A stretch of DNA of 64,000 nucleotides, from NCBI GenBank assembly GCA_001938485.1, contig MQRK01233137.1, forward strand, positions 1-64,000. Reading direction: 5' to 3'. Origin of the DNA: Girardia tigrina (Eukaryota). A program made the translations under genes and the position numbers. The notes under the pieces were generated by a model, which was not told the DNA's origin, did not search any database, and saw only the letters and a program-made list of their open reading frames with translations. Positions 50,585-64,000 of the stretch are shown one piece after another. Position 1 is the first letter of the stretch. Each line of letters begins with the position of its first letter.

Positions 50585-52447
50585 ACTTATGAAGGGTTAA
50601 TTTAAAGTTTCATCTCACCAAAATAATTTATTATTTTTTTTAATTTAAAAGGTAAAATATTTTAATGTTAATATGCTTATTAAATATTTTAAATTTAAAA
50701 ATGATATAATAAAACAACTATTAAAAAATCAAATACGTATTTAAAAATAAAATATGTTTTTAATGTGTTTTTTAAATATTTTAAAAAATTAAAAATGATA
50801 TTGGGTTGTTCGGAAAGTCATTTCGTTTTTTTGTATAAAAGTAAAAGACAAATTTTTATGACGAATAAATATTTTATTGAAATACATATTGACCATTGTG
50901 GTCCAATACCTTCTTCCATCATCCTGGCAGTGACATAATTCCACGTTCTTCCAGGTGATTTTTAACATCTTCATTTGATCCAAAAGTGTTACCATCTAAA
51001 TAATTTTGTAGAGACCGGAACAAATGATAATCAGAAGGTGCGAGGTCTGGAGAATATGGTGAGTGAGGCATGATGTTCCATTCAAGCTGTAAAAGCTTTT
51101 AGCGAGTTACCGAACTTGTATGAGGTCTGGCATTATCTTGGTGAAACACTACACCTTTTTTATTGATCAATTCCGGCCTTTTGTGTTTAAGGAATTGATT
51201 TAATTTGTCCAGCTGATGACAGTAGACGTTCAAATCGATCGTAGTTTTGTCCGGAAGAAGCTCATAAAATACGATTCCTTTGAAATCCCACCAAACAGAG
51301 AGAATCACTTTTTTTTGATGAATGTCAGCTTTCGAAGTGCTTTGAGCAGGTTGATCTTTTTAACTCCAAGATTTCTTGCGTTTTATATTATTGTAGTCTA
51401 CCCATTTCTCATTTCCAGTGACGATGCGCTTCAAAGATGGATCATTTTCTTGACGTTTGAGAAGCATATCGCAGATGTCTAAACGACAGCATTAATTTCG
51501 TTCGGTAAGATTATGAGGAATCCATGTGTCGAGTTTTGATGTAAAACCTAGGCGCTTCAAATGATCATGGACGGTCGAATTAGATAAATGTAATGTCTGG
51601 GCAATTTCGCGAGTTGTTATTCGCCGGTTTGAATCAATTAATGCCTTTATTATGTCTTCGTCGGCCTCAATGGGCCTTCCGGAACGTGAAGAATCTTCAA
51701 CATCAAAATTTCCGGATCTAAATTTTTTAAACCATTTTTGGCATTGACGTTCTGTCAACACATCTTATCCATACACTTCGCATTTTTTCTTCTTGATTGT
51801 ACAGCATTTTACCTTTTCGGAAGTAAAAAAGCAATACATGCCGTAAATGCTGATCCTTGCTTTCCATCTTTGATAGGTCAAAAATCAAATATAAATAATT
51901 TTAATTATTCCAGAATTTTCCAAATCTAACCTTGATTACTAACTGCTAAAATAAATAATATAGTCGATGATTATTAATGATTATTAATATAAAAAATACA
52001 TTTAAAACAAGTATTAAAAAAACGAAATGACTTTCCGAACAACCCAATATAATAAAAGAAAATCATAAAAATAAAAAATATCTTTTTAATGTATCTATTA
52101 AGTATCTTAAAATTAAAAATGATTAGAAAGCCATTAAATATTAAATATTTATTTATAAATAAAAATATTTTTACAGTCATAATATTTATATATTTTAATA
52201 TAAGTTATGAAACAATTTTAAATAAATTTTAAAATAAATTTTTAGTTTTAATGTGAAATGTATTTAATAAATTTGCAAGATTTTAAAAATTGAATCGAAA
52301 AGAATTTAATAGATTACTTTGTGGCGAGATAATTAAATTAACAGAAAAATTGTTTAAATATGTGAATTGTTGTTATATTAATAAATTTTGGTGTTAAAAA
52401 AATGAATTCAGATATTGATGTTGCAACTACTTCTCACAATACTAAAC
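50585..52447. mobile_element. Unclassified non-autonomous element (copy 2), split by a mariner
   Basis: Both flanks of the mariner match 34411-34987. Confidence 0.8.
50801..52047 (-). mobile_element. Full-length mariner (mellifera-subfamily-like), transposase inactivated
   Basis: Perfect TIRs TTGGGTTGTTCGGAAAGTCATTTCGTTTTTT with TA TSD. WIPHNL, HQDNARPH and YSPDLAPSDYHLF, with frameshifts and stops. Confidence 0.96.
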
Positions 52448-52458
52448 ATAAGTACAAT

Positions 52459-52990
52459 TTTTTACCACGTTTTTATTAGCTTGCTTTCTTGTCTGTTTGT
52501 CTGTCTGGAACAAATCTTGCGATTGATTTTTCGACCACTTTCAGTCATCCAATTCAGCTGAATTTTTTTATACAGNNNNNNNNNNNNNNNNNNNNNNNNN
52601 NNNNNNNNNNNNNNNNNNNNNNNNNNNNNNNNNNNNNNNNNNNNNNNNNNNNNNNNNNNNNNNNNNNNNNNNNNNNNNNNNNNNNNNNNNNNNNNNNNNN
52701 NNNNNNNNNNNNNNNNNNNNNNNNNNNNNNNNNNNNNNNNNNNNNNNNNNNNNNNNNNNNNNNNNNNNNNNNNNNNNNNNNNNNNNNNNNNNNNNNNNNN
52801 NNNNNNNNNNNNNNNNNNNNNNNNNNNNNNNNNNNNNNNNNNNNNNNNNNNNNNNNNNNNNNNNNNNNNNNNNNNNNNNNNNNNNNNNNNNNNNNNNGGT
52901 ATAAAATTTCTCACATGTCTAGAAAAAAATTATTTTCCTCTTTTTAGTGCATTGGTAATGCTTGAAAAACGTGGTTGTTTTTATAAAAAA
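52459..52990 (+). mobile_element. Helentron-associated (HINE/DINE-1-like) element spanning a gap
   Basis: T-run, subTIR accacgttttt / aaaaacgtggt, ttttattagctt plus (tgtc)n-like microsatellite, terminal T/A hairpin. Confidence 0.65.
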
Positions 52991-54419
52991 TATTTTTTAT
53001 TAATAATATTATTAATCTTTGTCTGTGGCTCCTTTTTAAATATCATTTCTGATAACAGAATTTTGTCGTTTTCATGTTTTAATAGATTCGCAGTTCAGAC
53101 ATTTAATGATTGACACTATCGGTTAATGAATACTTGTTTCGATACCGAATTTATTAGTTTAATATTCAATTCGTCATTACCCACTGAAATTTATTTAAAA
53201 TTTGCTTATTTAAATAAAAAGTTGTTAAACAATTTTTATTTGGTAAATAAATTGAATATCGAATTACCTTTTTGACAATAAATTAACTTTTATAATTAAT
53301 ATATTTTTGGCATTCTAATCATTTAATAGTTCATATATTTGATAAATTATTTCTTGATTATATTATAATATTAAATGACGTTTGTTAGGATTTTGGGAAG
53401 TTCACATAAATTTTTGCATTTTAATATTTAAAATATTTAAAAATTTATTTTATAAATATTAGAAAATTTTACGATTAAAAATATTTTAAATTAAAAATTA
53501 AAATGAGACTTTTATTATTTAAACATTAATTTAAAAATGCAAATTCGACAAGAATATAAAATCAAAATAAAAAGGTTAGTTTACGATTTTAAAAATCAGT
53601 TTAATGATTAAAACAGAAACTTTATAATTAAAATATTTTGATGTGAAATTTTTTTTAAAAAAATGAATTAAGAGTTTAAACAAAATCTTTGAAGGATAAA
53701 ATTTTAATAAAATAATTGTTAAAAAATTAATTTTGTAAATTCCAAAAAAAGAAAGAAAAAATAAATTAAGTATTCATATTTATGTTACACGAGGTTTGTG
53801 CGAAAGAAAATTGTTCCTCGCAAATTTGTTCGAATAATATGTTATTGTGTTATATTAATAAAATTTTGGTGTTATTAATTCAAATTTTCATAACGAGCCT
53901 AACAACCCTTAAATTCATAACAACAAGTTTAAAACTAAAATATGATTTCTTGAGCATAATTTCAGATTATTGTAGTGAATTGTTGTAGGGATCGTCTGAC
54001 CCGTAGGGACGATCTCATGCTTTCTTTTTTTGAACCATGATTGAGCGAACCCCACTAGGATTTATGTAGTCAACCGGAATGATTGGATTGGATAATATTC
54101 TAATTTATTTTAGGTGGACATTTTTAAAATTCTTTATTAAAATGATAATTTTGACTAAAGCTAATAGATCAAATAAAAATTGCGAGAATTTAAGCAGCTT
54201 TATGAAAACGGTCATTTGAAAATGTATACATTTGAAAAAGTAGTTCAAAATCAAGAACCGGATAACGCTACAAAATAATTTGTAAAGATCATTCAAAACC
54301 AAATCTATATTCGACAAAATCAGACAAATCATCTTATTTAAAATTTAGTTCATTACAGTTTATTAATTAATTGTAAGTTAAAAAATACTTTTAATTAAAT
54401 TTTCAATAAGAACCCAACC

Positions 54420-55497
54420 TAAGGTAAAAAATGTAATAGGAGATTTGAGTTTTTTTTGTGATTAAATAAAATGATATAGGTTTTAATTTCAGTAATTGTT
54501 TTATTTTATCAAATAAATTAAAATTTTTATTTCGAAATATTGAATTTTCGTCAGTGCGATGATTTTAGACATCGAATTTTGGAGCATTATCAAATTCTTT
54601 GTAATGCAGAAAAAGACGCGCATTGAAATCTATGCTTTTTGAAATCTTCAACTTACCTACATGACTCCCAATCTCTGACAGCTGGTAAATATTGGATCAG
54701 AGAGTTAAAAGATGGTCGCACCTCCGTTTTTGATCATGAAAAATCAGGTCGGCCATAAAGAAAATTTTGACACAGTTGATGAAAAATTAGAGAAGATGAT
54801 CCAAAAGGAGCGTCAAATTACCTTGAAAAGCTATGAGCGAAGCTTAACATCAATTTTAGTACAGTCCATGATCAATTGAAATCCATGAGTATCAGAAAAC
54901 TGTGCTCCAGATTCGTCCCCGCTTCTTGACTGGTGAAATGATTCGAAACTGCTAGGAGTGCTGTCAGAACAACTTGCAACTGTGGGACCAGCTTGGCGAG
55001 ACTTTCCCTGCAAATTTAAATACGGAGAATGAAACCCTACCCAGTATGTATTTGCTGGAAACAAAGCGTGAGTCAGCAGAGTGGAAACTGTCTGGAGAGA
55101 AGCCCTCTTTGAAGAAACGAACGGGGACAAATGGACGAGCGATGATGCTTTCCATTTACTGGAATTACAAAGGTGTTATTCTGATTGATTTCGTGGATAA
55201 AGATATCATACTTAACGCTGCTTATTACAAACCACTCGAGGAAACCCCCAGAAAGATTAGAGGGAAGTAGAAGAAGATGCAACTATGATTCTTCTCGTCA
55301 ATGTGCCAGTACACAGAGCTGGCATTTCTCAACCCCCATTTGAAGGGGCTTGATAAGTGCTTGTGGATCATGTACTGAGCATTTTTTTCTTTTTCAAACA
55401 CCTAAAGAAGCATTGGAGAGACATGGAGTTTGTATCCAAAGACAATTTGAAGGTTACCGTGGAGGATTTCTTTGCTGCACAAGTCACAGAAGTTTTC
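54420..55497 (+). mobile_element. Heavily decayed mariner (irritans-like)
   Basis: DGRTSVFDHEKSGRP, RFVP and MMLSIYWNYKGVILIDF remnants; ends not resolved. Confidence 0.75.
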
Positions 55498-55975
55498 AAA
55501 ATTGTTTTCTTTGACAGTGGCTACACTTAACGTTCGGACATTCTCTTCTAACATGACTTTCCTCATGGCAGGCCAAACAAATTATTTTTCTGACTTTATG
55601 ATTTCGACTTGTACCGTCTCTCTGTACTTCGTCTTTCCGTGGTTTTGGTGTTGTTCTTTTATTCTCCACAGTTTTCCAATTGTTTTCTTTCCTTGTGTTA
55701 TATGCTGCAATAGGTGAATTTCTTTTCTTTTTCCCGTATTCATACATCCTCATTTGTATGTTTTCGATCTCCTCTGCCCTTGTTATACCTCGAATCGCTA
55801 TCTCTTGATCGACGTTATCATCGTCCATCATATTAGCATAGACCAAGTTTGATAGTTCTTTCTTACCAAACTTTTTCTCCACTAATTTTTCGATTATCTC
55901 ATCTTAGATTTAGAATTTCTTATAGATTTCTCTTTTGAAAATGCTGCACGCATTTCTATTTTCTCTTCCTGTAAT
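55497..55975 (-). pseudogene. gag: gag fragment related to the 7131-11158 element
   Basis: EKKFGKKELSNLVYAN...KIICLACHEESHVRRECPNVKCSHC aligns with the gag at 9974-10750. Confidence 0.88.
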
Positions 55976-57074
55976 GCCATGGTTTTTATTGAGGATTTAT
56001 TGATAAATGAAAAATATTACCGTTCTAGGTACGACAAAGTTTGTCTTTCATCTCTTGATTCGTCCGTTAAAGCATTCTCCAAACCTTTTGTATCTCAAAT
56101 ATCATTATGAAGAAACGGTTCCATATGCAACAAGATAAGTGTAAAGAGAAACAAGGACAAGATACTCGATTTGAATGTTTTACGTTTGAGGCTGGACCTT
56201 GTGTATACACATGCTTTAAATATTTTTACATACTTAAAAACACCGTTCCAAAAAAATTAAAAGTATGAATAAAAAATATTTTTTAAATTTCAAATATTTA
56301 AAACAGATTTATCATGACCGATATTATTTATTTTTAATAATTATAAATTAACTAATAATATATAACTGATATATTATTTATAATTTATATAATAACTATT
56401 ATTATAATTTATGTGACTGTTATAATAAATGTATTATAAAATTATTGTTACAATTTTATAATTGATAGGCGATTTAGTTAATTTTATAGTTATAGAAAAC
56501 AGATAAATTTTTACCAATGTTAATCTCAATTAGCTCAAATAAGAAATACTATATTTTTTTTAATAATCTCTTTTTACTCAATTCAGATCATTTTACATTT
56601 TTCCTTTACCCTGAATATTTTTTTATAAAAATAATATAGGAAAAGATATTGAAATACTATAGGCAAAGTAATTTTACAGTTTTATACTGATTTTATTGGA
56701 TTACGTCCGAAATAATGTACATACAATTTCATAGAAAATTTCCCTTTCTGAAAATCGTAAAATATATATTTTATTATTTTTTTCACAAAAACCGAAATTC
56801 AAAAGGTATTTTATTTTATTGGAAACGACATCTAAAATGAACAATAAATTTACTGAAACGTGTAGTTTTTTATATTTTAGAATGCCATTTTAGGTAGTTT
56901 TATAACTAATCTTTCTAAATTAATTACGCTTAGTCAACAAGCTTTTTTGTTAGCACGGATTATTTGATCAGCATAAAAGAAATTAAGAAACTAAATAAAC
57001 CCAAATATAAATGCAAATATACACAAATTTAACATTTGTGTTAATTAATAATGTCAAGATTTAAATGAGAATAT

Positions 57075-57502
57075 ATATATTAATGTAATTTAGAAACCTA
57101 TTTTTGAATGCCTTTTACTCAATAATTTTTCTCCAAACTTTGAACACTTACTCATTTTCGATGACAATAAATGATAATGTCATAAATGACAATAAATGGT
57201 AAATAATAATTTGATCAAAAAAAACTTTTTAAGGTCTCCAAATAGTAACAAAACAGTTCTATCAGAGTTCCTGAATAATAATAGCATAAAAATATATACT
57301 TATAAATTATATGTAGTTTATATTACGCAAAAAATAAATTAAATCCAGTAAACCGATTTAAAGTCTAACTCTATAAATCTAACGCTCTATGCAGACTTTA
57401 TTGTGCTTGGTACAAAGAATTTTTTATTGTTTTTTTTGAAAATATTTTTTTAATTTAAATTCTGTTGGTCAAGCAGAGTTCTATCTGCATAAAGAATGGA
57501 TA
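57075..57502 (-). mobile_element. Helentron/HINE-like repeat (copy 3)
   Basis: Inverted homolog of 39205-39545. Confidence 0.6.
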
Positions 57503-57729
57503 TATTTGTTTGATTTACAAGTTCTATTTAATTTCTACTTTTATTCTTTTCGGAATAAAAATTCTAATCAATTTTCTAATCTGATTGAGAAAAAAAGGGA
57601 ATTTAATGTTAAATTATATTTAATTATAATTAGTTTAATCGTGAGACATAACGTAAACGTTAAACGGAAAGTTTCGGAAACTGCGGAGCTGCAGCAATCT
57701 AGACGTCAACCAGATGTGGAGTTGTCCTG

Positions 57730-59035
57730 AGATCACCAACACTTGACATGTAGATACGCAGTCCAGTCTTGTATGTTATCGTCGAACCACGGTATATTCT
57801 CACAAATAAACTCATAGTTTACATTCAGTATGATCAACTTGGTCATGTCAAACACACGAAATGCTCGGAAAAAGTTCGCAGAAGGTTGACAGAATTGAAA
57901 TGTGCTGCCTTCAACTTCACAGATATAGTTTCTCAGTTTCTCGGAGCTTTTGCGTAAAGCCTCAACAGATGGAGATAGTTGCTTCAAATGCTGTAGGACT
58001 TCAGACGCTGAAGTATCCATCCATTCAGCGAGATAAGTCAGTTCATCTGTTACAAGATGTGCTTTTACGGGCGCATTATTTCTAGCTATCGATGCTGCTT
58101 TTGTGTGGTTTACTTCGCGAAAACTTCAAATATACTGGTCGGCAGTTTCTGTTTCTTTGCTTCATGTGACTCATCACCTTTTTTTGCTGCCTACCGTTTG
58201 TGAACATTACTATCCAGATGCTTTGTACAGCTGTCCTTACGAATAAAATCCACGGGCACATTGCAAGTACTGCAGAAAAGTAAATCACCAGTTACATGAA
58301 ACGTTCCAGGCTTGAACTGTCTTGTCCGCACTGTTGGTGTCACCAACACGGCAGTTTTACTTTTTGCCGTACTGCCAATCTTTCTTTTATCCATTTACGT
58401 AAAATATGGCTAAATATAAATTAAAAACGTAAATTTTAAATACGAAATGTGACCTTGATGAAAATTTAAACAAATTTTCATTAAAATCAATAGAAATGAA
58501 TAATTAATAAATTATTTAAAAGAAAAAATATTATATAATGAAAATTCTTAAAAACTGAACCCTAATTTAAAAAGATAATTGATAATATTAATGATAAATT
58601 GAATACCAAATGGAATATTAAATGATCTGTAAAGATTATTCATTATAAATAATAGATAAATAGTCGAAAATTTTAATAATTTTCAATTTCATTTTTCTTT
58701 CATTAGGAATATTATTTTAAAGGAAATTTGAATATAACAAGTATCAATATCAATCATATTTCTCAAATTATTCCAAAACATTCCGGGGTACCAACTATAC
58801 CCGAGCCTAAAATATTTCTAATTATAAAACCAACAAATAGTATCAATTAATAATTGATTTTAAATTAATAATAATAAATTAAATAATAAATCTATGGAAA
58901 TCAACAATAATCCGTCCATCTAAAAATCAGATTAGTCTGAGAAACAAAATCGCGGAATTGGCGGCATGATTGAGAAATTCGCGGTAGATGCAAATTCGTG
59001 AAATTTGCGATAGCCGCGAAAAAATTACAGCCTTA
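57730..59035 (-). mobile_element. hAT element with CGGBP1-like transposase remnant
   Basis: Terminus TAAGGCTGTAA with cgcgg/aatt repeats. RQFKPGTFHVTGDLLFCSTCNVPVDFIRKDSCTKHLDSNVH zinc finger and FRAFRVFD motif; stops and a deletion. Confidence 0.78.
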
Positions 59036-59609
59036 ATAATTATATGTGTATATGATAAAAATAAGTTATATAATTAAGAAAAGTAAAATAATTAAAAGAA
59101 ATAATTATAGGGTTTACACCTTAATTTATTCACGTTAAAATTTACCTTAGTCCCGTTAAACTTTCATTTAATCTCTTTAAATTTTAATTTATTTTGCTTT
59201 AAAATGTGTGTATTTAAAGAAAAATAAATTAAAAATTAAATAAATAAATAATATTTAATATTAAATTATTTTATGTATTTAATATTAAATTATATTATTT
59301 ATATAAATTAAAAAAACTTTTATTTAAAGCACGTATACTTGCATCTGTATCTAACAATCAATATTGATAATAAGTGTAAAACATATTCCTTTTTATATTT
59401 TAAATACCTATTTTTATTTATGCTGGTATGCTGTTTTTTTCTGATACCTTTACATAGAATCAAACTTTCGCCGATATAAAGACTTTGAACGAGTCATCGT
59501 AAAATTGAACTTGTTATTGAGAAAATTATTAACTTGACTGATTTCGTTGATTCGATTTCCTTAGTGGTTTTAATAATCGCCAAAGTGAAGATATTTCAGA
59601 ATAGCTAAG

Positions 59610-60312
59610 GAACGGTCTCGAGTGGGGTACGGAAACAGTTAATCCCGAGACACTTAATCCCGAAGAGACTTGATACCGAAGACACTAGATCCCGATGACA
59701 TTTAATAATAATAACAATAAGTAACAAAAGTCACCAATAAATATTATTATTAATAAAACATTAACTTTCAGGATTGTGACATATGAGCCATTGCATGTAG
59801 AAACACAAGTACCTCAACACGATTATAGGCGGTCATAGCACTTTTTACTATATTATTCAAAGTACGATATCTCTTCTCAGTTATGTGTCTTATGCTGGTG
59901 AAACCTTGAAGCAGCAGCGTTGCTTGTTTGTTGATGTCCTCTCTGATCTGAACTTCCAGGTTATCGGTTGATGATATTGAAAGAGTGACTGAAGACCATG
60001 ATACCACCCTTCTAATGAGTTTGTCGTTCTCACAATTCCTGCAGTTGCAGCCTCGTGCTGATTCCACGGTTCAACTTTAAAGAGTGATGAGCCATAAGCT
60101 GCATTATGATCGCTCAAGCGGCGGCAAACTGGATTTATTCCATCTTCAAATGCAACAAAAAAGGTTCCATCAGCAATCCAGGTCTTCGGGATTAAATTAC
60201 CTTCCATTACCTCCGGATTAAATGACATCGGGATCAAGTGTCCTCAGGGTTAAGTGTCCGGGATTAAATGTACCGGTAGTAACTATCTCGAGATCAAGTG
60301 TCGTGGATTCCT
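59610..60312 (-). mobile_element. MULE non-autonomous derivative
   Basis: Inverted arrays gacacttaatcccga / cgggat(t/c)aagtgtc. Internal WNQH...RTTNSLEGWY transposase C-terminus. Confidence 0.85.
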
Positions 60313-60599
60313 GGAGTGGATATTATTGAGAAAATCTTTATATTAGAATTACAGTTGTGAAGTAAACTTATAGTTCATAACTCGCGATTAGTTGCAACGG
60401 TGAACGTTTACATAACGACTTTTAGGTTCACGTGTCTTCGTTGCCTTTACACAAAGTTTCATTTGAATAAAAAAATTAAAATCAATTTCAGGTTATAATA
60501 CCATTCGATAGACAACTTAGACTAAAGTGTCGTATAGTGTCTTTGAATTAGTCCATGATTCTGTCCAATATTGAGTGGACCGGCAATATTATATAACTT

Positions 60600-63360
60600 G
60601 TACATGGCTTTTAGCTGTTGATGTTGTGTTTTTCCTATGTTGAAGCGCAGTATTTGATGTTCAACACAACACATATCTTTCTAAAATAGTTTATTGATAT
60701 GTCTGATAACTGCAGTCCTTGTAGTACTTCGTCATTTTTCTTCGGCCATGATCCGAGACACCCGATCACTATTGTTCTTAGGTAGACTTCCCAACCTGGA
60801 AATTTCGCTCTTGCTTCATTTTCCAGTGTTGAATATTTTATCTCGTAGAACTTTCTGGTAGCTTTTAGATTTTCTGTGTCACCAGAAGGTTTTCTACAAC
60901 TCTTAGCCACAGAATTTTTCGTCCATTGTTCCTTATTTGGAGGTCGATTCTCTTGTTGGACGTTGAAAAATCCCTTTGTTGATCTTTGATAATTTTGTAA
61001 GATATAAATTCAAAGTCTAGTACTTCTTCGATAAGATTCACTCTCGCATTATGACGGACTGTTGTGAGTGTCATATTCATCGTACGCCGGTAAAGTACGT
61101 GCATTTGTGTTTCTGCGTATCGTCGGCAAGTTCGGCACAGTATTTTGTCTTTATCTTTTTTGGGTTTGTAATTTACGGGTAGATTTTGAGTTCTGGTGTA
61201 GTGTGAGGCTTCCGTTGGATAAAACTTGTTCCAAACTTTATTCTCACTGATTGCATCTGCTAATTTCCCTGAACTTTTTGATTTAACCAATTCACGAATT
61301 TTTGGTGATGATACAGTCTGTGAAATTGGAAATATAATGATTGTCTGTGGTTGATAGTGGGATATTTTCTCCGGCTGATTTGATCTGTTGGCAGATTCTT
61401 TTCAGGGTATCGTAAATGAAGCGGTTTTGTAATCCAATCTTGTCCAGGTAACGAATGTTGTTTTTAACTTTTGTCCACCCTGATTGGATCCTGTTTTCTT
61501 AATCTCCATAGTTTAGCCACCATCATTTCTGAGATGGTACGATCTTTGCTGATTTTTTCTTTTTGTTCTTTTTCTGTTTCTTGATCGTGTTGTTCAGGTC
61601 TATCATTGTTAGTCCAACGACGCCCAAGTCTTCACATGTTAGATTTCTGAATGCGTGGATTACCGATTGCATGGCATATTCATATCTGGTTTCGATTAAT
61701 CCCAGACTTCCATATTCTTTTCCAGTATGGATATAGTCGTTTGAGGCAGTTTTTTGAAGTCCAAAGACCGGTTTTATTATTTTTCGGATCTCCGTATCAA
61801 GTTCACTTGCAAACACTTTGTCTTTAGATTTTGGATAACCATAGTCTGATAGTTCTCCGTTCGGAATATTATAGTTTTAAAACGAGAATATTAAACGTGA
61901 GTGAATAAACACTTTGTATGCGTCTATCATTTTCCATGGTTTGAGTGAGGATTTGGCAATTGTTTTCATATCCTTGATGATGTTTTTGAAGATTTCAGTA
62001 GGGGAGTTTATGGTCTTTCTGGTGAAATTCACTGCCAAATATCGATACCCTTTTTCGTCATCAACTGAGATTTCTTCGCCGTTGATAGATATCTTGTTGT
62101 AGTTCTTGATTGTGGACAAGGATCCAGATTTATTGAGATTAAATGTCATTGAAGTTCATGATGCAAATTTGAAAGCTTTATTTACCATTTCTTGTTGCCG
62201 TTCATGTGTTTTTGATATCAGGGCTATATCGTTGGAATTAGAGGTTACATCCCGGGATTTTCAGGGACGGATTTCCCGGGAAATTTATTTTTTCGAAAGT
62301 TGTCATTTATTAACTTTTTGTGAACTAAAATGCGCAAGACAGGATTTTCTTCACTGTTTGATTTTTATTCCAGATTCTAGCGCTTGATGCATTTAAGTAA
62401 GAATCGGATCGATACTGATGTTGAAAAGCAGAATAGATAGAGGACAACCTTGTCTTACTCCTCTGTTTATCGGGATTGCTGGGACGGATCGTCCATTGCA
62501 GGAATACTCTGAAATGTTGTTTGATTAGATTACATAATTTGACGTTCATTCCTTTTCTTTTCAAGATTTCGATGACGTGGTCTATTGGTATTCTACTGAA
62601 TGCATATGTTAGATCCAGGAAACTGACGTGAACTTCTTCGAGTTCTTCCAATGTGATTTTCAACACGTTATTGTGTTCTATACATCCATAAGATGTTTCA
62701 GTACCTTTCTAAAGTGGAAAGATTAGATTGTTGTCCATCAGCTAATTTTTGAGTTGAGCTGATAGGCATGATACGAAGATCTGGTATATACATTATAGAA
62801 GAGCAAGTGATCTCTTAGTGGTTTGGGTACACAAATTGTTATAAATTCACTACAAGTTTTAGGAATTTCGAAGTTTTCTAGAACTTATAGAATAGTTTGG
62901 CTAATATGATACCTCCGGCTTCACAATACTTGATATCCTTGTAGGTGATGTTTGATTTGTCGGGGCATGATTTTTTCATTTTTGATAAGAGTATCAGGAT
63001 TTCAGTTTCTGTTATTTTTTGAAATCTGAATTCAGGTCCCTCTTCGATATGAGAACAAATATTCTAGTCCTTTATAGGCGTTACTGGTGTTTTAGTTTTG
63101 GCATATCATTTTATCTTATCAATAGTAGGTGTTTTTAATTGACTTTTGAGTTTGAGAGAATCATTATAATAACCTTCTGTGGTCTTTCTTGTACTCCTTT
63201 TTTGCTTCTTTCTTTCCCAATTTTACCATTATATGGATTTTTATGATATTTGTGGATGAGTAGTTCGAATATTTCTGCAAATGCATCGATTGATTCTTTT
63301 CAATCGTTTTAAAGAATTCTTCGGCAGATGCGAATCTTTTGTAATGGGCGTTGAAAGAAA
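60600..63360 (-). mobile_element. R2-group (NeSL/Utopia-like) non-LTR retrotransposon with RT and restriction-like endonuclease, decayed
   Basis: GCIEHN, FLDLTYAF, GVRQGCPLS, AF..SNDIAL, CRTCRRYAETQMHVL, RHN, RIDL, IKY and IVIGCLGSW. Confidence 0.9.
62239..62327 (+). mobile_element. hAT-like terminal fragment inserted in the RT catalytic motif
   Basis: TAGAGGTTACATCCCGGGA...TTCCCGGGAAAT interrupts AF-(A)DDIAL. Confidence 0.6.
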
Positions 63361-64000
63361 GTAATAAAATAATCAAATAAAAAGTTGAAATAATCTATTT
63401 TATTATCACATGGTAGTTTAACTCCATAATATTTTCCAGAGTTAACCGAGCAATTCCAATTTTGAGAAATGAACGAGGATGCTTTCCACGATGTTGAAGT
63501 TAAAATGCATGAAGATTCGGCAGAATCATTGAAAAAACAATAATTTTCTAACCTCGTGTCACTATCCGCAGAATATAATCATCCTATTCACTATAATAAT
63601 AAAGTTCACTTGATCATTAATTGAATTCATAGTAAAGACAAAATTAGAAAATGAGATGGAAATCAAAAATTATCTTTAATACTTCATAACTAAATGAAAA
63701 CGATATCTAACCAGCATATATAATTCGTTGTCAATAAACTAATCCGCAAAAATAATCACATACAGAATTTTTCACAAAAATGAACCCAACCCTTTATAAG
63801 ATAATCCATGCTTATATATATATATATATGCACCAGGATGTAACTTATCTTAAATGACTCAGCTGAATGAGACCTACAAAACGATAATTAGATTTTTGAT
63901 CCACAATTTCTTGACGAAAGTCATTTGGACAAATGTACCACCAGTCCTGAATTGGCTAAGGAAATGTTAGACCCATTGATAGATGAAAGGGTAGATTGTT

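Noticed and set aside
60288-60310. U2 snRNA-like AGATCAAGTGT next to a Utopia/NeSL-like element
   Set aside because: It is one of the MULE subterminal repeats, has no further U2 match, and is opposite in orientation to the retroelement.

Overview
Very AT-rich eukaryotic scaffold with six N gaps. It is almost entirely nested, decayed transposable elements, and I could not support any intact host gene. The element mix (cecropia- and mellifera-type mariners, Penelope, NeSL-like RLE element, Gypsy) suggests an invertebrate such as a dugesiid planarian; that is inference only. Retroelements: one TSD-bounded, internally deleted Gypsy element (7131-11158) with related solo LTRs, a second short-LTR Gypsy, Penelope RT and GIY-YIG fragments, a minimal hammerhead ribozyme and a NeSL/R2-type RLE retrotransposon. 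DNA elements: several mariners, a rosa/DD41D element, hAT (including CGGBP1-like), MULE, Merlin, Helitron and Helentron-type copies. The main observation is that three dissimilar LTR-element remnants have no TGG primer-binding site after the LTR-terminal ACA. Each instead has the exact complement of a tRNA-like 5' end of 12-13 nt (one is tRNA-Lys(UUU)), pointing to priming by very short 5' tRNA fragments. Also notable are a Gag N-terminus encoded inside the LTR of a TG...TA family and an in-frame fusion of an unknown 99-aa ORF to a mariner DNA-binding domain. All calls are by eye; no searches were run.
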